A DNA stretch of 64,000 bases, from assembly GCA_017479865.1 (NCBI GenBank), contig JAFVBS010000014.1:4532-68531 (forward strand). Direction: 5' to 3'. The notes beneath the pieces are model-generated. The model was not told the DNA's origin. It was given only the letters and a program-made list of their open reading frames with translations, and did not search any database. Position numbers and translations under genes: made by a program. Position 1 is the first letter of the stretch. Every line of letters begins with the position of its first letter. The DNA is from Clostridia bacterium. Its GTDB lineage: Bacteria; Bacillota; Clostridia; TANB77; CAG-508. This document shows positions 37,256-46,507 of the stretch, piece by piece.

Positions 37256-39734
37256 AAAAGCTATTTTAAATATTGTAGTATCATTAGTGCTACAAATCGT
37301 AACACTAATCTGTGGTTTTATTGTGCCAAAACTACTAATTAAAAACTTTGGCTCAGATGTTAATGGGTTAACATCATCCATTACACAATTTTTAGCATAT
37401 ATTACGTTACTAGAAGCGGGATTTGGTCCAGTAGTAAAAGCAGCACTATATAAGCCAATTGCAAAAAAAAATAAAAAAGAAATTGACAATATATTAAAAG
37501 CCAGTGAAAGGTTTTTTAGAATTATTGCTCTCATCTTTGTTATTTATTTAGTTGTTTTAGCAATTATATATCCAATGTTTGTAAATACTCAATTTGACTA
37601 TTTATTTACGATGTCGTTAGTACTCATTATTTCAATTAGTACTCTTGCAGAATATTACTTTGGTATGACATATCAATTATACTTGCAAGCAGAGCAAAAG
37701 ACATATGTTACTGCAACAATACAAATTATTGGATATATTTTAAATACAGTTGCAATATTGATATTAGTGAAATTTAATTTTAGTATACAGATAGTTAAAC
37801 TAGTAAGTGGAATCATCTTTGTATTAAGACCATTAGCACAAAATATGTATGTAAAGAAAAAATACAAATTAAATTTAAAAGAAGCAGATAAGAATTACCA
37901 ATTAAAACAAAAATGGGATGGACTAGCTCAACATATTGCAGCGGTAGTACACAATAATACAGACATTACAATTTTAACTATTTTTACAGAAATGACTGAA
38001 GTATCAGTATATTCAGTTTATTATTTAGTAGTTAAGGGAATTAAAGCAATTATCCAGGCCTTTACTGGAGGAATTGATGCTTCTTTTGGAGATATGATAG
38101 CAAGGGGCGAGAAAGAACAGTTAAATAAAAGTTTTAATGCATATGAATTATTTTATTTTACCATTACAACCATTGCCTATACATGTACTCTGATATTAAT
38201 AGTTCCATTTATTAAGGTTTATACGGCAGGAATTACAGATGCCAATTATATTAGACCGCTATTTGCATCTTTGTTGGTAATTAGTGAGTTTATTTGGGCA
38301 GTTAGATTACCGTATAGTGGGCTAACATTAGCTGCGGGGCATTTTAAACAAACAAGAAAAGGAGCATGGGTAGAAGCAATTAGTAATATAGTAATATCGC
38401 TCATTCTAGTTTGGAAATTAGGAATTACTGGAGTTGCAATTGGCACTCTTGTAGCAATGGCTATTAGAACTGTAGAATTTATGTATCATAGTTCAAAGCA
38501 TATATTAGATAGAAGCATTTTGAATAATGTAAAAAGGGTTCTAATTATTTTTATCGAAGTACTAACAATAGTAGGAATTGTCCAATTATTACCAGAAATG
38601 GTAATAGAATCGTATACTTCATGGATAGTTTATGCAATTTATGTAGCAATGATAGCAACGATCGTGACAATTTTATTTAACTTTATTGTATATAAAAGGG
38701 ATGTCAAAGGATTAATTTCAATTATCAAAAGGAGCTTAACAAGAAAGGAAAATAAAAGCATGAAAACATATTTCGTAACTGGTGGAGCTGGATTCATAGG
38801 CTCTAGTCTATGTGAAAGACTATTAAAAGAAGGTAACAAAGTAATAGCAATTGATAACTTTTGTGACTTCTATTCGCCAAAAGTAAAAGAGCATAATATA
38901 AAAGGGTTATTAGAAAATAGTAATTTTAAATTATATCGAAATGACATTAGAGACAAAGAAGCAATCAAAAAAATATTTGATGAGAATCATATTGATGTGG
39001 TAGTTCATTTAGCTGCGATGGCAGGAGTAAGGCCTTCTATTGAGAACCCAGTGCTATACCAAGAAGTAAATTGTATGGGAACGCAAAATATTTTGGAAGA
39101 AATGAAAGCACACAATATAAATCAATTAGTTATGGCATCTTCTAGCAGTGTGTATGGTAATTGCAAAGAAGTACCTTTTAAGGAAGATATGATTGTCGAC
39201 TTTGCCATTAGCCCTTATGCGGCAACCAAAAAAGCTAATGAAGTGATGACACATGTATATCACCAATTATTTAATATGAAAGTGATTATGCTAAGGTTTT
39301 TTACTGTATATGGTCCAAAGCAAAGGCCTGATTTAGCCATTAATAAATTTACCAGATTAATGCTAGCAGATGAAGAAATTCCAATGTTTGGCGATGGAAC
39401 CACCTCAAGAGATTATACTTATATTGACGATATTGTAGATGGCATTATCAGGTCATGTGACTATGTAGAAAAAAATGAAAACGTGTATGAAATTTTAAAT
39501 TTAGGAAACTCTTCACCGGTATCATTAAAAGAAATGATTGAAACCATTGCAAAGGTAATAGGAGTAACTCCAAAAATTAATCAATTACCAATGCAGCCAG
39601 GTGATGTAGAAAGAACTTTTGCAGATGTATCAAAGGCAAAGCAATTGATTGGATATAATCCAAAAACAAGTTTTGAGGATGGCATTAAAAGTTTTGTGAA
39701 TTGGTATCAGCAAAATAGGGGACTATATCAATAA
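37245..39734 (+). CDS. Single 829-aa ORF joining a Wzx-type flippase (aa 1-505) and an NAD-dependent UDP-glucuronate 4-epimerase-like SDR (aa 506-829)
   Basis: The N-terminal 14-TM MOP/Wzx-like region runs in frame, with no stop, into MKTYFVTGGAGFIGSSL...YAATKKANE. The internal ATG at 38760 is preceded by GAAAGGAAA. Confidence 0.7.
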   Translation: MRSKKAILNIVVSLVLQIVTLICGFIVPKLLIKNFGSDVNGLTSSITQFLAYITLLEAGFGPVVKAALYKPIAKKNKKEIDNILKASERFFRIIALIFVIYLVVLAIIYPMFVNTQFDYLFTMSLVLIISISTLAEYYFGMTYQLYLQAEQKTYVTATIQIIGYILNTVAILILVKFNFSIQIVKLVSGIIFVLRPLAQNMYVKKKYKLNLKEADKNYQLKQKWDGLAQHIAAVVHNNTDITILTIFTEMTEVSVYSVYYLVVKGIKAIIQAFTGGIDASFGDMIARGEKEQLNKSFNAYELFYFTITTIAYTCTLILIVPFIKVYTAGITDANYIRPLFASLLVISEFIWAVRLPYSGLTLAAGHFKQTRKGAWVEAISNIVISLILVWKLGITGVAIGTLVAMAIRTVEFMYHSSKHILDRSILNNVKRVLIIFIEVLTIVGIVQLLPEMVIESYTSWIVYAIYVAMIATIVTILFNFIVYKRDVKGLISIIKRSLTRKENKSMKTYFVTGGAGFIGSSLCERLLKEGNKVIAIDNFCDFYSPKVKEHNIKGLLENSNFKLYRNDIRDKEAIKKIFDENHIDVVVHLAAMAGVRPSIENPVLYQEVNCMGTQNILEEMKAHNINQLVMASSSSVYGNCKEVPFKEDMIVDFAISPYAATKKANEVMTHVYHQLFNMKVIMLRFFTVYGPKQRPDLAINKFTRLMLADEEIPMFGDGTTSRDYTYIDDIVDGIIRSCDYVEKNENVYEILNLGNSSPVSLKEMIETIAKVIGVTPKINQLPMQPGDVERTFADVSKAKQLIGYNPKTSFEDGIKSFVNWYQQNRGLYQ

Positions 39735-39802
39735 ATATTTCTTGCACTTTAAGATATATTGATATATAATGGGTCAAGAATATAAAATATAGGAGGATAA
39801 AA

Positions 39803-41104
39803 ATGAAACAATATAAAATAGCAGTAGCAGGAACAGGTTATGTAGGATTAGTTGCTGGAGTGTGCTTTGCAGAAAAAGGACATCAAGTAATTTGTGTTGA
39901 TGTTGATGAGAAAAAAGTGGAAACAATGAAAAAGGGAATTTGCCCAATTTATGAACAAGATCTAGAAGAATTAATGCAAAAAAATTATCAAGCAGGAAGA
40001 TTAAACTATACCACAGACTATAAAGGAGCTTACAAAGATGCAGATGCTATTTTTATTGGTGTTGGTACACCAGAACAACCAGATGGTTCTGCTAATTTAA
40101 GTTATGTAGCAACAGTTTCAAGACAAATTGCAGAAACGATTGAAAAAGATTGTTTAGTAGTAGTGAAATCAACAGTACCAATTGGTACCAATGACAAAGT
40201 GGAACAATTTATTAAAGATTCTTTAGTCAATAATGTTAAAGTAGAAGTAGCAAGTAACCCAGAATTCTTAGCACAAGGAACAGCAGTAAGAGATACTTTA
40301 GAAGCAAAAAGAATTGTGATAGGAACAGAAAGCAAAGAAGCAGAGAGAAAATTATTAGAAATTTATGAACCATTTCATTTACCAATTGTTTCTGTCAATA
40401 GAAGAAGCGCAGAAATGATTAAATATGCTTCTAATGATTTCTTGGCATTAAAAATTTCGTACATGAATGATATTGCAAATCTTTGTGAATTAGTAGGAGC
40501 TAACATTGAAGATGTGGCAAAAGGAATGAGCTATGACCCAAGAATTGGAGCAAATTTCTTGAAAGCCGGAATTGGTTATGGTGGATCTTGCTTCCCAAAA
40601 GATACAAAAGCATTGAAGTATTTAGCAAAACAAAACGGGTATCAATTAAAAACTGTAGAAGCGGCAGTTGATGTTAATAAAGAACAAAAGATAAAATTGT
40701 ATCAAAAAGCATGCGATAGGTTAATTACATTTCATGATTTAAAGGTAGCAGTTTTAGGACTAGCCTTTAAACCAGGAACAGATGACTTAAGAGAAGCTCC
40801 ATCATTAGATAATGTAGAGTTATTGTTAAAACAAGGAGCAAAAATTTACGCTTATGACCCTGTTGCAATGGAAAACTTTAAAAGAAAATATCCAGAACAA
40901 ATCACATATGTTAACTCTCCAGAAGAGGCATTAAAAATGGCAAATGTATGCTTCATTTTTACTGAATGGAATGAAATTAAATCTGTTAAGCCTAGCAAAT
41001 ATAAAGAATTGATGAAAACACCATTAGTGTATGATGGAAGAAACATTTATGATTTAAAAGAGATGAAAGATGCAGGTGTTGAATATTATTCAATTGGTAG
41101 ATAA
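39803..41104 (+). CDS. ugd: UDP-glucose 6-dehydrogenase
   Basis: IAVAGTGYVGLV, and the catalytic Cys context GYGGSCFPKDTKAL. Confidence 0.92.
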   Translation: MKQYKIAVAGTGYVGLVAGVCFAEKGHQVICVDVDEKKVETMKKGICPIYEQDLEELMQKNYQAGRLNYTTDYKGAYKDADAIFIGVGTPEQPDGSANLSYVATVSRQIAETIEKDCLVVVKSTVPIGTNDKVEQFIKDSLVNNVKVEVASNPEFLAQGTAVRDTLEAKRIVIGTESKEAERKLLEIYEPFHLPIVSVNRRSAEMIKYASNDFLALKISYMNDIANLCELVGANIEDVAKGMSYDPRIGANFLKAGIGYGGSCFPKDTKALKYLAKQNGYQLKTVEAAVDVNKEQKIKLYQKACDRLITFHDLKVAVLGLAFKPGTDDLREAPSLDNVELLLKQGAKIYAYDPVAMENFKRKYPEQITYVNSPEEALKMANVCFIFTEWNEIKSVKPSKYKELMKTPLVYDGRNIYDLKEMKDAGVEYYSIGR

Positions 41105-41128
41105 CTTGCATAATGGGGAGGAAACAAA

Positions 41129-42604
41129 GTGAGCGAAGAGAGAAGAACAAAAAAGAGCGATACCAATAAACTAAATTCAAAGAAAAGGTCAGGAGCATTA
41201 GATGCTATTTTAAAATTAATGGCATTTGTATATGTGGTTATCACAATAATCTTTTATATTTCTGTTATCAAAATGAACTTATTGCCAGGAATGTATGTTA
41301 CTATTTTTACAGTTGCAGAAATAGTATTAACATTTGCAATAGTGATAGGTTTAGTAAAGAAACATAAAAAAGCTACATTGAATGTGATTTGCTTAATTGC
41401 AATTCTTCTAATTTCAATAGTATATGTATATGTATCTAATTATGCTTTTGCAACATCCAACTTTTTAAGCAATGTATTCACAAAATTTTCAGAAACAGAG
41501 GAGTATTATATTGTAGTTAAAAGTGATAGCAAATATCAAAAGGTAGAAGATATTAAGGGACAAGAGGTATATTTATTTCAAATAGAAGATGATATTAAAA
41601 CCGAAATTGCTGGTAAAGCAAGTATTACTTTCAAATCAACCAATGGATTAACAGAAATTGGTGACCAATTAGTAAATAGCAAAATACAAGCAATTGTAGT
41701 AAGTTCTGCACAATATAGTATGCTATCAGAAGAAATCAAAGATTTTCAAAAGAAGACAAAAATTATTTATACAGTAACGCACAAAATTGAAACTAAAGCA
41801 ACGATAGCAGATCAAAATTCAACAGCAAAAGTACAAAATGGCGTATTTAACGTATATATTAGTGGTATTGATACAGCGGGTAAAATTACCAATGTTTCAA
41901 GAAGTGATGCTAATATTCTTGCCACCGTCAATACGAAAACACATGAAATCTTATTAACTTCTATCCCAAGAGATTACTATGTTACTTTGCACAGCAAAAG
42001 GGCAAAGGATAAATTAACTCATTCTGGTATTTATGGTGTTAATGAAACAGTAACAACAATAGAGGACTTGTTAGGTATTGATATTAATTATTATGTAAGA
42101 GTTAACTTTACAACAGTCATTAAATTGGTAGATACATTAGGTGGAATTGATATTAATTCAGATTATACATTTACAGCGTGGGATGGTACTTATTTTCAAA
42201 AAGGATATAATCATTTAGATGGAGCAAAAGCACTATCATTTAGTAGAGAAAGAGAATCTTTTGTTGCAGGAGATAATCAGAGAATCAAAGACCAGCAAAT
42301 TGTCATTGAAGCAATTATTAATAGGGTGATGGACAGCAAAACAATTTTGACAAAATATACTAGTATTTTAAACTCCTTAGAAGGTACCTTCCAAACCAAT
42401 ATTAGTCAAGACGAAATTAGCAGTTTAGTAAGAGATCAATTAAGCAATATGTCTTCTTGGACAATTAAGACCTATTCTTTAACTGGTACAAATGCGACTG
42501 CAACTACTTATTCAATGGGAAGTCAAAGACTATATGTTATGATTCCAAATAGTAGCTCTGTACAAGAAGCAAAGAGCAAAATTAGTCAAGTAATGGGAAA
42601 ATAA
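41129..42604 (+). CDS. LytR-CpsA-Psr (LCP) family glycopolymer transferase with an extended N-terminal region
   Basis: GTG start after GGGGAGGAA. It has three TM helices and the LCP core NILATVNTKTHEILLTSIPRDYYV...LSFSRERESFVAGDNQRIKDQQ. Confidence 0.85.
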   Translation: MSEERRTKKSDTNKLNSKKRSGALDAILKLMAFVYVVITIIFYISVIKMNLLPGMYVTIFTVAEIVLTFAIVIGLVKKHKKATLNVICLIAILLISIVYVYVSNYAFATSNFLSNVFTKFSETEEYYIVVKSDSKYQKVEDIKGQEVYLFQIEDDIKTEIAGKASITFKSTNGLTEIGDQLVNSKIQAIVVSSAQYSMLSEEIKDFQKKTKIIYTVTHKIETKATIADQNSTAKVQNGVFNVYISGIDTAGKITNVSRSDANILATVNTKTHEILLTSIPRDYYVTLHSKRAKDKLTHSGIYGVNETVTTIEDLLGIDINYYVRVNFTTVIKLVDTLGGIDINSDYTFTAWDGTYFQKGYNHLDGAKALSFSRERESFVAGDNQRIKDQQIVIEAIINRVMDSKTILTKYTSILNSLEGTFQTNISQDEISSLVRDQLSNMSSWTIKTYSLTGTNATATTYSMGSQRLYVMIPNSSSVQEAKSKISQVMGK

Positions 42605-42614
42605 ATAATTCTAA

Positions 42615-42658
42615 AAACGCGAAATAAAATCTATCAAAATAGAAATTATTTCGCGTTT
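42615..42658 (+). terminator. Terminator of the polysaccharide locus
   Basis: AAACGCGAAATAA (42615-42627) pairs with TTATTTCGCGTTT (42646-42658). Confidence 0.65.
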
Positions 42659-42694
42659 GAAAATAAGTATGAGAAGGAGCATGAAAAGGAATAA

Positions 42695-43216
42695 ATGAGT
42701 AAAACAAAGCTAATTTTAATTAGAATTTTATTTTTAGGCCTACTAATAGCAACCTTTGCACTTATTTTTCACTTTTCTTCGCAAATTGCAGAAGAATCTG
42801 ATGGAGTAAGCAAGGGCTTATTAACTAAACTAATTAATGTTTTTCCTTATACTAAGCATTTGAGTGTAGAAACAAAATTAAAACTTGTTGAGCATGGCAA
42901 TCCAATTATTCGAAAGTTAGCACATTTTTCCATTTACGCTGCCGTAGGTGTTTGGATTATGGCATTTATGAGTACCTTTCAAATAAGACTATATAAAAAG
43001 TGGTTTGCCAGCATGGCTGTTGGAGTTGCTTATGCAGCCTTAGATGAGTACCATCAAAGTTTTGTTGCAGGAAGAGGACCACAATTGATGGATGTTGGAA
43101 TTGACAGCTTAGGAGTATTAACAGGAATTTTTGTTGTGTTAATAGTTATTTCAATTTATAGGGCACTGAAAGGTGATAAAGAAAATAATCAAAGAGAAAG
43201 GGTGCATACTTTATGA
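42695..43216 (+). CDS. VanZ-family membrane protein
   Basis: RKLAHFSIYAAVGVW and DEYHQSFVAGRGPQLMDVGIDSLGVLTG. Confidence 0.8.
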   Translation: MSKTKLILIRILFLGLLIATFALIFHFSSQIAEESDGVSKGLLTKLINVFPYTKHLSVETKLKLVEHGNPIIRKLAHFSIYAAVGVWIMAFMSTFQIRLYKKWFASMAVGVAYAALDEYHQSFVAGRGPQLMDVGIDSLGVLTGIFVVLIVISIYRALKGDKENNQRERVHTL

Positions 43217-43801
43217 TGAGAGCAATTGTTGTAGGGCTGATACATATTTTTTGCTTAGCTGTATTTCGTGTCAAAACAGTAGGAGCAAAAAACGTACCAA
43301 AAAAGGGAGCATATATTATGTGTGCCAACCACACATCAAACTGGGATCCACCGATTTTGGTATCTTCGACCAAACGAAAAATGTATGTCATGGCGAAGCA
43401 AGAGTTATTTAAAAATAATTTTATTAAATGGTTTGCTAAAAAAATGCGGAGTATTTCCTGTAAAAAGAGGTGGAAAGGATATCGAATCTCTTAAGTTTTC
43501 ATTAAAAATTTTAAAAGAAGGAAAAATTCTTATGATTTTCCCAGAAGGCACAAGACATGGCATGGCAAAAAACGGAAAAGCACAAAACGGAGCAGCATTT
43601 ATGGCATTGCGTGCAGGAGTGCCAGTCATTCCTGTGGGAATTCAAGGAGAGATGAAACCATTTCACAAAGTAAAATTAAATTACGGAAAACCATTGGACT
43701 TTAGCAGGTACCAGAGTAATAAGCCAGAAAAAGAGGTACTAGACAAAGTTAGTAAAGAAATTATGGACAATATTATTATGTTGACAAAACAAAATATTTA
43801 G
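43213..43801 (+). pseudogene. plsC: 1-acyl-sn-glycerol-3-phosphate acyltransferase with a frameshift in an A7 run
   Basis: The HX4D motif (ANHTSNWD) is in ORF 43213-43494, and FPEGTR plus the rest is in ORF 43322-43801. Reading AAAAAAA (43438-43444) as A6 gives ...FIKWFAKKCGVFPVKRGGKD..., a 195-aa protein. Confidence 0.85.
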
Positions 43802-43809
43802 AGTATAAT
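43781..43809 (+). promoter_or_regulatory. Perfect consensus sigma-A promoter inside the 3' end of plsC
   Basis: TTGACA (43781-43786), an exact 17-nt spacer, then TATAAT (43804-43809). Confidence 0.6.
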
Positions 43810-43841
43810 GAAATACAGCGTTTTTGAATTAGTTATTGAGC

Positions 43842-43970
43842 AAAGAAATATAGTTAATTTGCAGTCACCGCGCAGCGCCCAACCGGAGCGAAGCGAAGGG
43901 CGGTTGAAGCAGCCGTCAATAATTCAGATTGGCTGCGACAGCAAGGTGCGCAAATTCACTATATTTTTTG
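43842..43970 (+). ncRNA. Candidate structured RNA (independent sRNA or typA leader), unclassified
   Basis: A GC-rich island lies in an AT-rich background. A 20-bp closing stem pairs 43843-43862 with 43950-43969 (one mismatch, one G-U) and ends in a T6 run. Inner helices are CACC/GGTG (43866-69/43945-48), CGCAGC/GCTGCG (43871-76/43932-37), GCCC/GGGC (43877-80/43898-901) and CAAT/ATTG (43917-20/43928-31). Confidence 0.35.
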
Positions 43971-44007
43971 CGGAGGATAAAAATATCAAATTAAAAAGGG
44001 GAAGAAA

Positions 44008-45831
44008 ATGAAGAACGAAAATATTAGAAATATTGCAATTATTGCACACGTTGACCATGGAAAAACTACATTAGTAGATGCTTTACTAAGACAAAGCCAT
44101 GTTTTTAGAGAAAATGAACAGGTATCAGAAAGGGTTATGGACTCGGGAGATATTGAAAAAGAAAGAGGAATTACCATTCTTTCGAAAAATACATCTGTTA
44201 TGTACAATGGAATTAAAATCAATATTGTTGATACTCCGGGACATGCTGACTTCGGAGGAGAAGTAGAACGTGTTTTAAAAATGGTGGATGGCGTTCTTTT
44301 ATTAGTGGATGCATTTGAGGGACCAATGCCACAAACCAGAGAGGTTCTCAAAAAATCATTAAGTTTAAATTTAAAGCCAATTGTTGTCATTAATAAAATT
44401 GATAGACCAGGTGCTAACCCATTAAAGGTGGTAGACCAAGTGCTAGAGCTATTTATTGAATTAAATGCCAATGATGAACAATTAGACTTTCCAGTCATTT
44501 ATGCTTCTGCTAAAAATGGAATTGCCAAAATGAATTTAGAAGATGAAAGTGATAATATTACTTGCATTTTTGATACCATTATCAAAGAAATTAATCCACC
44601 AGCTTGTGAGCAAGATGGTCCAATGCAATTATTAATTTCTAATATCGACTATGATGACTATTTAGGAAGAATTGGCGTTGGTAGGGTAGAACGTGGAACA
44701 GTTAATACTGGTATGACAGTGGCAGTATGTAAAAAAGATGATAAAATTGTACAAGGAAAAATTGCTAAGTTATTTACTTATGAAGGGTTAAAGAGAACAG
44801 AGACTGAAACAGTTGGAGCAGGTGATATTGTTTGCATTTCTGGTATTAGCGATATTAATATTGGAGAAACCATTTGTGATGCTAACCACCCAGAAAAAAT
44901 TGACTTTGTTGATATTGATGAACCAACCGTATCGATGACATTTAGCGTTAACAATGGACCATTTGCAGGAAAAGAAGGACAATTTGTAACCTCAAGGCAT
45001 ATTCGTGATAGATTATTCAAAGAACTATAAAGAAATGTCAGCCTAAGAGTAAAAGAAACCGATACTCCAGATAGTTTTGAAGTATGTGGTCGTGGAGAAT
45101 TACACTTGTCAGTGTTAATTGAAACCATGAGAAGAGAAGGATTTGAGTTATTGGTTTCTCGTCCAAAGGTTATTATTAAAGAAATTGACGGTGTAAAATC
45201 AGAACCAATCGAAAGATTAGTAGTGAATGTTCCTGATGACTGCATTGGTAATGTCATTGAAAAACTTGGTAGAAGAAAAGCAGAAATGATTAACATGGAG
45301 CCACTTGATACAGGACATACCAAAGTAGAATTTAAAATTCCTGCCAGAGGCTTGATTGGTTACAGAACAGAATTCTTAACCGATACCAAGGGTGAAGGAA
45401 CCATGAACAGCATTTTTGACTGCTATGAACCATACAAGGGAGAAATTCAAGCAAGAACAAGGGGAGTATTAGTAGCTTTTGAACAAGGTACTTCCATTAC
45501 TTATGGATTATACAATGCACAAGAAAGAGGAGAACTATTAATTGGTGCAGGGGTAGATGTGTATGAAGGAATGATTGTGGGAATCAATTCTCGTAATGAA
45601 GACATTTCCATCAATGTATGTAAAGAAAAGCATTTAACCAATACCAGAGCTTCTGGTTCAGACGATGCCCTTCGTTTAGTACCACCAGTTCAAATGTCAT
45701 TGGAAAAAGCAATTGAGTTTATTGCAGAGGATGAACTAGTAGAAGTAACTCCAAAAAATATTCGTTTAAGAAAGAAAATTTTAGATAATAAAACAAGAGA
45801 AAGAATGGCAAGAAGAAATAGTAACGAATAG
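44008..45831 (+). pseudogene. typA: Translational GTPase TypA/BipA with one in-frame TAA
   Basis: AIIAHVDHGKTTLVDALL, DTPGHADFGGEVER and NKIDR. ORFs 44008-45030 and 45106-45831 are in the same frame. The TAA at 45028-45030 sits where [41 protein letters not shown] would be expected. Confidence 0.9.
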
Positions 45832-45850
45832 ATAAAAAAGAGAGAGAACT

Positions 45851-46447
45851 ATGAATCAAGTAGAATTAGAAAAAATTAAGAAAAAAGCATTAGAAGATCA
45901 CATTCCCATTATTATGGATGATACCTTACAAGAAGTTGCTAAAATTTTACAAGAAGTAAAGCCAACAAAAATATTGGAAATAGGAACAGCAGTAGGCTAT
46001 TCAGCCATCTGCTTTTCTCAATATTTGGCACCAGAAGGTAAAATTGACACCATTGAAAGGGACGAACAAAGAGTATTAGAAGCAAGGGAAAACATCAAAA
46101 AAGCAGAAGTAGAAGATAAAATTAACATATATGAAGGAGATGCAGTCGAAATTTTGCCAACCTTGCAAGAAACTTATGATGTGATTTTTATTGATGCTGC
46201 AAAGGGAAAATATCCATTCTTTTTAGAACAGGCATTACGCATGGCACATGAAAAAAGTGTGATTATCGCTGATAATGTTCTGTATAAAGGATATGTGATG
46301 AGTGATTATAATAAGCATAAACAAAGGACAGCGGTAAGAAATTTAAGAGAATATGTTGCACAAATTACAACGCAAGCAAATTTAGAAACGACCATTTTAG
46401 AAGTAGGAGACGGGTTAGCTGTTACTAAGGTTAAAAATAGAATTTAA
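45851..46447 (+). CDS. Class I SAM-dependent O-methyltransferase, family 3 (YrrM/TrmR-like)
   Basis: ILEIGTAVGYSAICF, DTIERDE and VIFIDAAKGKYPFFLE. A U32 peptidase gene is nearby, as in the B. subtilis yrrMNO region. Confidence 0.7.
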   Translation: MNQVELEKIKKKALEDHIPIIMDDTLQEVAKILQEVKPTKILEIGTAVGYSAICFSQYLAPEGKIDTIERDEQRVLEARENIKKAEVEDKINIYEGDAVEILPTLQETYDVIFIDAAKGKYPFFLEQALRMAHEKSVIIADNVLYKGYVMSDYNKHKQRTAVRNLREYVAQITTQANLETTILEVGDGLAVTKVKNRI

Positions 46448-46462
46448 TAAGCAGAATATAAA

Positions 46463-46499
46463 ATGTCCAAACATAACTATTTGGACATATCATTTTTTT
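46463..46499. terminator. Bidirectional terminator
   Basis: ATGTCCAAA (46463-46471) pairs with TTTGGACAT (46480-46488), and a T-run follows at 46494-46499. Confidence 0.65.
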
Positions 46500-46507
46500 A
46501 TTTATTT

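Noticed and set aside
43842-43970. Possible identity of the GC-rich element as SRP (4.5S/scRNA) or 6S RNA
   Set aside because: It contains GAAGCAGCC, which is reminiscent of SRP helix 8. However, it lacks the flanking GGAA/GNRA tetraloop context and the 5' CAGG partner that I would expect. Its rod-like shape is compatible with 6S RNA, but I cannot identify the central bubble. I leave it unclassified.
43808-44011. 67-aa ORF upstream of typA
   Set aside because: Its sequence covers the GC-rich hairpin-forming segment, and it has no RBS. An RNA structure explains it better.
45028-45030. Alternative genetic code or stop-codon reassignment as the explanation for the in-frame TAA in typA
   Set aside because: TAA is the normal terminator of most genes in this window, with sensible protein lengths and downstream RBSs or terminators. 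TAG and TGA also terminate genes. A single in-frame stop does not support recoding.
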